Source: Hyaloraphidium curvatum SAG 235-1 (Eukaryota > Fungi > Monoblepharomycota). Taken from it: a DNA stretch of 64,000 bases. The stretch covers positions 310,001-374,000 of the forward strand of contig JAIVFI010000016.1 of NCBI GenBank assembly GCA_025558095.1, in the 5' to 3' direction. The notes below the pieces were generated by a model. That model saw only the letters and a list, made by a program, of their open reading frames with translations, was not told where the DNA came from and searched no databases. The position numbers and the translations under genes were made by a program. Positions 28,501 through 39,958 of this stretch are shown piece by piece (within the stretch, counting starts at the first letter, position 1; every line of letters begins with the position of its first letter).

Positions 28501-31500
28501 TATCGCCTGATGCTGCATCGTTGGCTGCTGGGAGTGAAGCTTCATTGTTTGTCATGGAAGCTTGGAATGTGCACCAGAGATTTTCCACAGCAAGGCTCTC
28601 CAATGGCAGGTGTTCATTGCTGGCCTCATTCATGCAGGCATGCCATGTGACTGAAAGCTGGCGATCAAACCAGTTTGCATCATCAATCGTCACGAATCTG
28701 TCGCACAGCACCCTTTTGCTCTCATGTGCCCAAAGTTTGAACAGTGTGAGCGGATCAGTTACCACTTCCGAGTTTGCCCGGAGCAAACCCTTCATGATTT
28801 GCCCAAGGTCACGGAGGTTGAATGAGTAGTGGAATTTTGCTGGGGTTGGAAGCATCTTGTCCTTTGTTGCCTGCCACAAATGCTGTGCAAGCTTGGAAAT
28901 GCTGCTGCTTGCTGCCACAACTTCCTCTGCGAATCCATTCGCTGCACTGAAATGTCTAGACATCAAGGTGCTGCAAATTCGATCAAGTGATGCCGGTGCC
29001 GGAATGGGACAGTTGATGACCACGAAATGTCTCTTCAGACGTTCGGGAATGTCGTTTTTGCCACCCCCAGGGAGGGCCATGGCACAGACGAAAGACAGGT
29101 CTTGAATTGCTGTCCATTCCCCTTCAGAGGCTGGGTAAGAGAATGCACAACTTGAACCAGACACCAACATACCTGGTCGATCAAGTGAGAAGAAACCCTG
29201 GTATTCAATGAGCTGCCTCATGATCTCTAGGGTTGGCTGGTCTCCCCACTGGTTGATGTCAGGGATACTGAAGTCATCCAAGAAAATGCACATCCGTTTG
29301 CCATTGGGGGGTCCAAAAGTGTTCCCCATCTTCTTCTCCAAGCTGCTTTCAATCATCTTTTGGAATCCTGATGTGCTTGTTGTCGATGACAATGCAAGCT
29401 GCTTGGAAACGTATTTCTCCGATGTAAGGCCTTCCACGAAGGAATGCAGCATGGTGGTTTTTGCCGTTCCCATCTCTCCAGTGAGAAGAACTGGTTTGTT
29501 CTGTTTGACTAGAATGTCCAGAAGGTACGTCACATTGAGGCTCTCAATGGTTGGCACCAAAGTGCTGTTGCCCAGTGGTGCCTTCAGCTGAGTTCCCCAG
29601 TGTTCCCAGTTGCCGGAGCTGTCCACAAAGTACTCAAAAAGAGTTTGAGAACTCCTGTCCGACATTGTGGGGAAAGGGAGGTGCTCTGCAAAGCTTGTAA
29701 ACAGGAAATCCTGCAGTCGGATCCTCTCTGCATTGTCCAGCATGGATCCAAAAGTCCATGATAGGGCAAACACCAAAACCCGTTCCAAATGATCCCTGTT
29801 GGATGTGGAACCTGTGAGTAGACCGCTCAGAAGCGTTGATAGAGTGTCGAAATAGGCATTGGGTGTCAGGTCCATTTGAGGGTGAAGGGTTTGGACAAGG
29901 TAGCTATGGGTCTTGTCGAAGGTGAGGTTGATGCCTGCTTCCAAGACCTTGGCCTCATCCCTGGTGCGTCCTTTGAGCCACGACTGGAGCAATGCGCCCC
30001 ATGGGAGAACTTGAAGACCAATGTAGATCATTCCGCAGCGAGAGACAGTTGCTGGGCTGGCATTCTTCAAGCTGTGGACCTCAAAAACGAGCTTGCAATT
30101 CTGGGGCAAAGAAAGGCGATCTCCATTTGCCAGGGTCAAGCACTTGTTGTCATCCAGCACACTGTTGAGTGATTCAATCCAGACTGCATCCACAGGACCA
30201 TCCAGCACAATCCAGGTGTACTCGCCCTTGCGCTTCATTGCTCTGCGCCATATTGCCGAGAAAATGCCATCTGTCCAGTCATTGGTTGCAACGTCCAGTT
30301 TTCCAAACATTTGGTAGTCAGTGATGGCTTTGGGGTTCATTCTGATTTCCCTGTGGACTTCTCCACATGCCATCCGCGCTTTAATCAGCACCTGCAAGCA
30401 TGTGGTCTGCAACGGGACCATTGCATCAGAGACAGAGGAGCCACATTTACCACAAGCTTTACCTTGCCAACCCCAGGTGGACCGAGGATCATGAGGCCAT
30501 GGCGAACCAGGGAGCTTTCATGAAACTGCAGAACTTTGCTTGTCCAGGGAGGGTGATCCGTCAAGTTTCGTGCCACAAGCTCCTCTCGGATTTTGCTTTC
30601 CAAGAGATCGTGGGAGGCTCTCTTGCTCTCCACCCCGGGGAACAAGTCATTCAAAAGCGACAAGAATACTTCCGTGTCCTGGTCCACCAGCTTGGACACG
30701 TTCATGTCTCTCAGGACGCGCATGAGGATGGCAACTTCACTCTCTGCTGGGCTTGCACGTTTTGCTGCACCACACGTCCGCAAAACTGACAGAATGTTGC
30801 GGAGGCCAAAGTCATAGTGAACCTGCTTTGAAAGTTGCTCCTCACAGAGTTTGTACAGCATGGAAAACTTCCGTGCAAGCACAATGTTGTTGAGAAAGCC
30901 AGAACCGGCGAGCTTGACACGCATGATAATCTGCCTGTCTGGCACCTGACAAAGGCACGTTGCATGTTGGATCTCTGGAGATCAAAAGCAGAACGTTCAC
31001 CTACCATCATGGCAACGTAGCGGAAGTTGGTCTTGAGATTCTCCGGCAACTCCACACGACCAGCGTAGCCCGGATTCATAGTGATGAAGATGCCAAAGTC
31101 TGGATTGAGCTCCACAGTCTCCCCATCAGTGAAAGTAAAGGCCTTCTTTCGTTCCCTCCGTGCCGAAAGCACACATGCAATCTGCTGGGCAGCAACAGAG
31201 AGAACTGGAAGCTCAATGCGGTTGAATTCGTCAAAGTCACCCCAGCATCCGCTTTGCGCAAGGCCCTTGAAGATTCGCCCCAAGCCTCTGTAGTCCATTT
31301 GATCTGAGCAATTGAAGACAACAACCCATTTTCCAAGTGCCTTGCCCATGTCCTTCACAGTCTCCGTCTTGCCTGTGCCAGCTGGTCCAGCAGGTGACCC
31401 ACCAAGAGACATCCCCAAGGCCTGAGCCAGAGTGATGTAACAACGATCCGTCAGAGGTGTGATGGCAAGACGGTCACTGCAACCAAGGTATTCACAACCG

Positions 31501-34500
31501 TACTTGAAGTCGAAATTGGTGATCTGGGCAAAGCAACAGCTCTTGGTGGGGTCCCAGTAAAAGCGGCATTGCTTGAGCCAGTCAAAGCTCCCTGGAGATT
31601 TGCACTGCGACTTGATCAGGTTTTCACACACATCCCTGTGGTGCACCTGGATGGTGATGAATGTCTCGTATTTTGTCCTTTCCATGGGCATCAGCTCTTT
31701 TGTGGTGATTTCAATGAGCGAATTCAACAGATCTGTCACTCCTTGGAGAGATGCAGTGAGTTTCTTCCTGTCCCCTTTCGAACTGACGAGGGCATCTTCC
31801 ACCAGAGCAGTGAAGAAGATTTGAAGGATGACAATTCCAACTTGGGCTGGGTAAGCAGCCAGAATTTCAAGCAATGGCACCATTGAAAGCTTCATGACTG
31901 CTTCCCCAATAATGTGATTGACCGTAGTTTGGACTGCTTCCAAGAGCTTTCCAAGCCATAACTCAACGTTACCAACTGCCTGGCAAGGTTGGCTGAGGGG
32001 TACCTTTTCCCCTTCACCTGACTCCATTGCTACAATTTGGTTGTAGTCCTTATCATGGAACTGAACCGAGAACACATTGTCAAAAACGTTGCGAAGGTGC
32101 GGCTGGATGGTGTGTGAGTCACTTGCTTGGCCCAGAATCTCAAGGAGAGTAGGGTCGGAAACAAAGTAGAAGCGAGGAAATATGCTCCTCTTTGATTCAA
32201 GGTATCCGCTGAGTGACTTCTGGCAGATTTCCAGCTGTTCCATGAGCTGAGGGATCAGGGTGCGTATCGTTTCACTGGCAGCACAGCAAGCCAGAACATT
32301 TGGGTTCTCTGCCACTGTGGCCATGATCTTACACCATGATTTGTCCACCCCCGCAAACCTCTTGGCCTCCTTTGGGAGCTGTTTTGCAATGTCACCGCCC
32401 ACAAAGACCGCCTCAAGATAGATCCACAAATTTTGCAGTGCAACCCATTGCTCAACTGTCTCGGAAGTAATTGACAGCTGATGCACCCATTGTGCTATTT
32501 CGTCCTTGAACGGCCCATTGTATCTGTTGGAAGATAGAGAGCTGAGGAGCATCAAGCTGTCTTCCATGTCCGTCATCATCAGCACAATGACAGATGACTT
32601 GAGGATGATGTCCCCTCGTGTCTTGAAGGGGGCAAGGCTGAAGCTGCGTGAGTTCCACATGTTTGCCAGTGATTCGAGCTTGCTCTGAATGTCAGCCTCC
32701 TTCACAGCGGCATTACAGACGTCCTCAACATCCTCTGCCTGATTGACCAACGATTCGCAAATCAAGGACCGGAGCTCTACCTTCTCACCAGCAGCCACTT
32801 TCTCGCGGATTCCGGGCACCACTGTGGAGAGCCTGTCCCAGTGCCGTTTCTTCACCGATTTGTTGCACAAGAGTTCCAGAAGCGGAACAGCATGGCAGAA
32901 CAAGTCCACTCGCTCCTTCAGGACATTGAAAACCGACCATCCTTGAATGGAGCTTGGAAGCTTTTCAAATCGGTCCTTGAACGATTCTATGTCCTTTGAA
33001 AGGCTCGTTAGATCTGTGTCATCCAGTGAAGCCGTCAAGCTGTTGTGTCTGGCTGTGATGTCCACGAAAAGTGCGTAAGCTGTTTGAAGATGCTTCAGGT
33101 CCGTCTTGATAGCAGCCATGCGTGGCAGGTGAAGAGGCGGAAGAGCAAAGAGAGCAAGGGCAGCACTGTAGCTCTGGCTCTTTTGGTCCAAGTCGTTGAA
33201 CTGCAATTGAACTGTCTTCAGCACTTCAATGTGTGCTTTCCACACTGATTCGTCAGATTCAGCAGCACCACCCTGCAGGGGTGACATCAGGTTCCGATAG
33301 CTTGTGGCAAAGTCCGTTGCGCCTTTCACAAAGTGCTCCACAGCCTGGACCAGCTCCGCCTTGAATTTTGGTTGAACACGGTGCAGCTTTCCTTGAAGCT
33401 CCGATGCCGATGCCCGCAGCTTCTGCAAAGAGTATTGAACTGAATCCACCAACTCGCTTTCTTCCTTGGTCACTTTGATGCCATGCTTCACTAAGCTGGA
33501 GTAGATGTCCTCAATTGGTGCCAACTGGAATTCCATGTCAATCTCCTGGTCCCTGATTTCATTGAGAATTGACACTGCATAGTGGAGTTCCTCAATGCCA
33601 GAGACGTCGTGTTGCATGGCATCCTGTTTGTTGCGAATGAATGCCGTCAGTCCTTGCAAAGCATCCCGTACGTGGTGCTTGAGCTTCTGCCCTATTGCGT
33701 TGAGCTGGTTCTGTGCTCTTTCCAAGACAGCAGATCTTGCGGAACTCAAATCAAGCATAAAAGCACCAGCACTGACAGACAAAGGCATTGATTGCGCAAT
33801 GTGTTGCTTCACCTCACTCAACAGCGAGAGTTCTTCGAGGAGGGCTTCCGGTCTGCTGGTGCTGATGTCTGCATTCCTAGAACTGACCAAGGAGTCCCAG
33901 CGCCTTGCTGAAATAAGCTGATGCTCAAGGTTTTTTGCAGAGTGAGCCAGTGATTCTGCAATCAATGTCACAAGCTTTGCAAGCTCTCGATTGGACGAGG
34001 TTTCTTCCAGATGCTGCTCCAATGTAGTCAAAACACTGGAACTGCCGACAGACTGTTCCTCTCCTGTTGATTCAGTCTGCTGACTGGTATGATTCTTCTC
34101 TGAAAGCAACGAGCTCTGCAACGTGCGCTGCAAATCTGCCCATGGCTTTTGCGATTGAACCACCCCACAAATTCCAATGACTTTGGAGCACAAATCTGAC
34201 ACACATCTTTGGAAGTCCCAAAGTGGCGGTTCAAATGCAAGTACTCCTTGCCCACCAAACAGAAGTTGGCATTGAAAAACTGGCTTACCCATGTCTCCGG
34301 TATTGGGTCCGTCAGGCACACCCCCAAGACCCAGAGAAGTGCGCAGTTGCTCCAAAGCATTTCGGAGGCACATGAGCAAGTTCCGCCCCAGATGGCTGGC
34401 TACTTCCTCATAGTAGACCCTGAAAACCTCCACACCGTCGGCCATTCTCTCCCTCGGCATGGCGTCTTGTACGGACTGTAAAAAGCTCATGAGATGTGCC

Positions 34501-37500
34501 TCAATTGCTTGGCAGGTTTCGGCAATATCCTTAGTTCCAGCCTCAATCATGTGGCTTGCATCCTCTACCATCTGCTGCAAAGTGCGAGGAACAATTGCTT
34601 GCTGTTGCATAGGCAACAGGGCGATTGAAGCAATTCTGTCACTAAGTGGAAGGAGGTGTCGAGCTGCAATGCCTTGCAGGTGGTTTGCATGCAGCTCAGC
34701 AGCATGACAAGAATGTTCCATAGTTTGCAGGAAAGGCTCGAGGTTCAGGGAGGACCTTGCAGATGCAAGTGGTTAGCAAACAGCTACCTATATGAGACAG
34801 CAGCTGGCTTACCACGTGAGGACACTGAAGGCAGGGTGAAGGTGGCGATCCACTGTGGATGCCAGTAAAGCAACTACAGAGCCCATCCCAGTGCCGTTGA
34901 TGCCTTCATTCAACAGGCCCTCTCTTCTGGCAAGAATGGCCTGCAGGCGACTCTGAATCGGCTTTATGCGATGGCACTTGCTTGCAACAAAGACTGCATC
35001 TGGTGGGACAATCATTCCCAGCTTGTCCATCCAAGTCACCTCGAGAACCATGTTGTCAAACTCGGCACTCAGGTTGATGCACACATGTCCTTGTGCATCC
35101 CTGGCAAGAAGGGGCACATGCAATGCTTGGCCAACACGCTTCACAGATTGCACCCAATGATCGTGCCACAAGAGCTGGTACTCCAACAGTGCACGTGTAA
35201 GGATATTGTAGTGTTGCAGCTTCATTGCATTGTCTGGGTGATCAAGAAGAGCAGGCACAGAGGCAAAGAACTTCATGGGTTCCTCAACTGAATGCAGCAG
35301 CTGACCGGCCCAAGCAATAGCACCCGATGCCTCAGGCATGTGCCAAGGAATTGGGGGACTGTCCTTTGCCCTCTGATACAGGCGTCTTGTTGCTTCAAGA
35401 TCATTTGCAATGAAGTGTGAGAACAAACCAGCAGCCAAAGCATCAATGCCGAGGTTCAGCTTGGGAATTGAGGCAAACCGTTCAAGGACTTCTATGCCGG
35501 CTTGAGTGTTGGTGCAAGACGCAAGTGTTGTAGCCAGAAGGCCTCTAGCCTGATCTTCTGCCTGCCTGGCAGCTTCCAGCAACTTGTTGTGCGATTCCTC
35601 GAATCCCTAATGCAAGATTCAGCACAGCATCCATGAACTAGGGAGTGTGGCTTACATGGTCATCAGTATTGAGGGGATCCAGGTGCAGCTGCTGGACGGA
35701 AGATAGAGCACTGTCGAATGCCTTGCAAACCATGGGCAATCGCGGATCGGCATCCTTCAGCTGCTGGAAAGCCTCTTTCCAGTCCAGAATGACCAAAAGT
35801 GCATTCAGCCGGCGACAGAAAGCATCAAGCTTTCCAAAGACGTGCTTGGTGCTAATCTCTGGTGGTTGTGCAATGAATGACTGGATTTTCAGCTGATGAT
35901 TTGGCATTAGCCCAAGCCCCTAGGCTTCGCAACAAAGAAGCGTGCCTTCATTTCTTCAAAGGTACTTTGGAAGGAGTCCCTTAGCCTAAGGCACACTTGG
36001 AGCTTGCCTCTAGCTTCATCAGAATCCAGGGTCCAAAAGCTGTGGTCTACACCCTGCTGGTGTTGGTGGTCAGTGAGCATTATTAGCTAGAACCTGATTG
36101 TCAAAAATCCTTGCCTTTAGGACATGTCCATGGCAGCAGCGAACCATCTGGTTTGCAATCTTGACAAGCAGTGATGTGATGCGTTCAGAAGCATGTGTCC
36201 CGGTTGAGAGCCTGTGAACAGACGCTCAGAGTGGGCCCTGCCAAACCGACAAGAAGGACACAAACATCATGAGCATCTTCACAGCCTCAACAATGCCTGG
36301 AATGTAGTCCATGACTATCTCAGGATCAGTCTGGTATAGGCACTGGATGTTGCTCTCCATGGCCAGAAGGTATCGCAGGTTTTCCTGGCAATGGCAAGTC
36401 TTAGCATGATTCAAGGCAACAGAATTGGGACCCACATTTGCAATCTTTGACTCCTCCCCGATACGATCTATGAGGTGCTGAAGTGGCGCGCACTTTGCAG
36501 AGCCGCAAGCCTTGAGAATGCTGATGACCAGGGAAACCTCCTTGATGCTCAGTGCCTGGACGAGCTGGCTGTACTTGACCATTTGGAACTTCCAGTGCTG
36601 CAGCTCTGCATTTGGTCCCACATCCCCCACATCCTTCCGGATTTGATCGCACTGTGTCAGGACCTGTTTTGCCTGGTGGTGCCACTCTGTGCATTTCTCT
36701 GGGTCGAGTGGTTGGCAGACTCAGGAGAAGCAACAGGATTGACACCCACTCTCTAGGTCACTCAGCAGAACTGGGTTCTTCAGCACTTCTTGGTGGCAGC
36801 TGGGATTGCTAAGCCCCGACAGATCTATGGTGCACGGTGCGAGCCGGAACTGCTCTTCTTCGATGCCAAGGAAAGTGAGATTGCTGGAAAAAGCAGCCAG
36901 ATTTGTCGCAAAGGTGGTAGATGCGGCATCGGAGGGAACCGGCCGGATCTGCGGGAGGAAGACATCAGGGACAGGCAAAACGAAGAAAGCCAAAAAAGGA
37001 ACTGCCTTTGCTTGGACAGACGGGCATATGACTTCCGTCAGGTGCATTGTGAGAGCCGGAACTGGGTTGCTGTTGAGGGATCCGTAGCTGAGGCTAGTCT
37101 GAAGGTTCTGGGCGGTTACGCCGGTGCCAGGCATGCGAAGGAAGAAGCACCCCGGGCCAAGCATTGCGCTGGAAAAGGATGCGGTGACAAGCATCACGTT
37201 TTTGTTGAACGCGCCCTTCAATGTGACAAGCTCCTCCTGCCAGCATGGTTAGGTCAGCCGCCATCGCATCCCGCCACGCCAACATGCCTTTGTCGGGGGT
37301 TGCCATAGCAGGAAAAGGCGCTGCGGTCCTTCCTCGCTAAAGAACTCGTTCATTGTTTCGAGCCTCGAGCCGTGCAGGAGCTGGTTCTCAAGCACATCCT
37401 CCCGCTCCTGCACCACGGCCGCGAAGGCCGCCAGTAGGAACCTGTGCCTCGAGTCAAGGGTCTGCCTCCTTTTCTCCAGCAAGCTTGAGTAGCTGGAGGT

Positions 37501-37599
37501 GCCCCCGAGCCCCTTCTTCTTGTCCGCGTCCCACGGGTTCAGCGAGGCCGTCGACCGCAGGTTCTGGAAGCTAGTGCGCAGATTCGCGATGCTGCTCAT
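22576..37599 (-). CDS. Axonemal outer-arm dynein heavy chain, gamma type (DNAH5/DNAH8-like); about 4,500 aa and ~24 introns, apparently intact
   Basis: AAA1 [66 protein letters not shown], typical of the DNAH5/8 subclass. Also AAA2 GPPGVGKT, AAA3 [11 protein letters not shown]4 GVGGSGKKS, stalk [15 protein letters not shown] and C-terminus [18 protein letters not shown]. Every frame change I traced is explained by a GT-AG or GC-AG intron. Confidence 0.93.
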
Positions 37600-37786
37600 C
37601 GTGGCCGGCGCCGGCGCCCGCCGAATGAAAGCGACGGATCTCGAACGGCCCCCGGGGTTCGCGGTCGACGCGGCGCCGAGGCGGAATTGGGCGTGACAGG
37701 GGTGGTTTGCGCAGTCGTGCGTCGCGACGGCTGGCGGCTCGCCCATGCCTTTTCCTCGGCCCCTTGGTCGCCCGCCGCTGCCAGAA

Positions 37787-39014
37787 ATGACGATCCCGCT
37801 GCCGGATGAGGTCAATGCTCTGAGCCTCGACTTTGCCGCCCTGGAGGAGACCCTTCAGAACACGTCCCAGACGCACCCGCTGGGCGCACGGTTTCGCGCG
37901 CTGTTCGGCCTACGGTCGTTCCGGGATAAGCGCGCCGTCGATGCCATTGCCAAAGGTGCGCTCATAGGCGCCCGACGATGGGATCGGTGGTTCAAGCGGT
38001 TCGCCGGGCCCGCACAGCTTTCTCGGACTCGTCAGTCCTGCTGAAGCACGAGCTGGCCTACGTCTTGGGCCAGATGCGGAACCCGGCCGCGATTCCCCCC
38101 CTGTGCAGCGTGCTTAAGGACGTGACCGAGGACCCGATGGTTCGGCACGAAGTGGGTGGCACGTCTTGTCCTGATCGGGCTGCTGCCGACAACCGATCTT
38201 GGCGCAGGCCGCGGAAGCTCTCGGTGCCATCGGGGATCCCAGCGCACTCGAGACCCTGAAGCACTACCTGTCGGACTCCTCGGACGTCGTGGCACAGACC
38301 TGCGAGCTGGCGATCCGAAAGATCGAATACGAGGCGAAGAATCCGGGCAGCTCCACCGCGGACTCGGACCAGTGGGCGCTATCGCGAGAGCGTCCCGTTT
38401 CCGGACTGAAACTGGGGCTCGCGCGCAGGAGCCCATATCTGTCCGAGGATCCGGCGCCCGCCTTTGAGGGCACGCGAGAGGTTCCCGAACTGCGCTCTAT
38501 CCTGCTCGACACCAGTCAACCATTGTTCGAGAGGTACAGAGCCATGTTTTCGCTTCGCAACATGGGCGGCGAGGAGGCCGTGCTGGTGGGTAGAGGCGGC
38601 GCCGCTCTCGTCCTCGTATTCACCTGGGTCCCAGGCCCTAGCAGCGGGTCTAAACGACTCCAGCGCATTGTTCCGGCACGAGATCGGTGCGTTTCGGAAC
38701 GTCGTCTTTGCAATGATTCCGCCTCAATATGCCGTTGCAGCGTACATATTCGGCCAGATGCAGCATCCGGCCAGCGTTCCGGCGCTGATCGAGGTGAGAG
38801 ACCGGCAGGCGCCTCCGAAACCGCAGTTCTGAGCGAGCTTCCGTGACAGAGGCTGTCCGATACCGCGGAGGTAGCCATGGTTCGTCACGAGTGTGCCGAG
38901 GCTCTGGGGTCGATTGCCACGGACGAATGCCGCCCTGTGCTGGCCAAGTTTGCCGCAGACGGCGAGCGCGTGGTCCGCGAAAGCTGCATAGTCGGTATCG
39001 ATATGATGGAGTAG
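37787..39014 (+). CDS. LIA1: Deoxyhypusine hydroxylase (DOHH/Lia1); multi-exon, 3' end slightly uncertain
   Basis: HEAT repeats with four HE motifs: [39 protein letters not shown] and [13 protein letters not shown]. Also RFRALFGLR and [10 protein letters not shown]. Confidence 0.95.
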
Positions 39015-39120
39015 AAGCGATGCTTTGGCTTCCCGACGTGCTAGCCGATCACTCGAGGCAAGTCGCCGTCCGTAGAGCGAGCAGATCCCCAGCGGCAGTT
39101 CTTGTCGCAAATGGCGAGCA

Positions 39121-39485
39121 TCACTGCCCCGTCTTTGGCTCTCCCGCTTTGGCTTTCAGTTCCTCCACGCGCGACTTGACCTCTTCCATGTCCGTCGGCA
39201 TCACCTTCACTAGCGCGTGAATTGACGCCCGTGGGGGCCCCGATGCCACCTACGCGATGGCCCTCAGCCCGGCGCAGAGGCGATGCCACGGTCCGGTTCC
39301 AGTACTTGTCGAAAAACTCGGCAGTCTCGGGTATGTTGGACACCCACATCGCGAAGATCGGGGCGCCGATGTATATCACCCACTTGGCGCCCAAGACGGC
39401 CATCAGCTAGCATCCTGGACAACAGAGACTCACGGAGGCTCACGCGGAACATCTCCATCTTGCTTGCGGCAGCTTTACGGCTCAT
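39121..39485 (-). CDS. PET100: Cytochrome c oxidase assembly factor Pet100-like small membrane protein; 2 introns
   Basis: Spliced product MSRKAAASKMEMFR/WVIYIGAPIFAMWVSNIPETAEFFDKYW...MPTDMEEVKSRVEELKAK matches the Pet100 pattern (ExFR..Y...P TM segment followed by a C-terminal helix). The boundaries of intron 2 are ambiguous. Confidence 0.72.
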
Positions 39486-39692
39486 CCTTGGGGAGAATGT
39501 CCCAGTTGCCTGCCTGGCTTGCACGTCGTCGAAGAGGAGATCCCTCGTAGCCCGCAAGGCTCTTTCTGGGCGGGACAAATGCCTTGGCGCTCCTCGCTGC
39601 CACCGCGAGATAGATGGCGGGGCTGGCCAGGGTGGGGATGCACAGTTTGATCAAGCGTCGATCACCGTTCACATCACGTCTCCGGGTCCGCC

Positions 39693-39958
39693 ATGGGCCG
39701 TGTCCTGGGATTCGCCGTGATCCTGGGCGGCATGTTCACGGGTAAGCCGACGAAAGGAGAGCTCGGTTCGCCCTCTCTAACGTCCTGATGCGCAGGCAGC
39801 GTCATCGTCCATCGGTAATCGCCATCCACTTCCATCACCACCGAATACAAGACTGACTACGCAAAATTAACAGGCTCATCGCCCCTCCAATGGAGATACC
39901 CATTCCGCCACCGAAACCCCATGCCCAAAGCGATGCTGCTACTCCGGCAAAAGGTTGA
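39693..39958 (+). CDS. 50-aa BRAWNIN/UQCC6 (C12orf73, DUF4516)-like mitochondrial microprotein; exons 39693-39741, 39796-39814 and 39874-39958
   Basis: Two canonical introns (gtaagc..cag and gtaatc..ctgac..cag) give MGRVLGFAVILGGMFTGSVIVHRLIAPPMEIPIPPPKPHAQSDAATPAKG*. This resembles the BRAWNIN core LLAMCAGAEVVHRYYRPDLTIPEIPPK. Confidence 0.72.

Noticed and set aside
23450-37250. Dynein region as a horizontally acquired island or pseudogene because of its different composition
   Set aside because: It has the same intron style as its neighbours, the composition grades back within the same gene, there are no mobile-element ends, and I found no unexplained stop or frameshift.
37600-37786. RFX X-box upstream of the ciliary dynein
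   Set aside because: No convincing match to GTNRCCATGGYAAC is visible.
39012-39120. Stop read-through or an extra last exon extending DOHH
   Set aside because: The candidate donor is weak and no downstream frame resembles the usual DOHH tail, so it cannot be supported without cDNA.
39614-39692. Upstream ATG (MAGLAR) as an extra first exon of the BRAWNIN-like gene
   Set aside because: It is out of frame with 39693 and no AG acceptor lies at a usable distance, so it would need a non-canonical splice that I cannot support.
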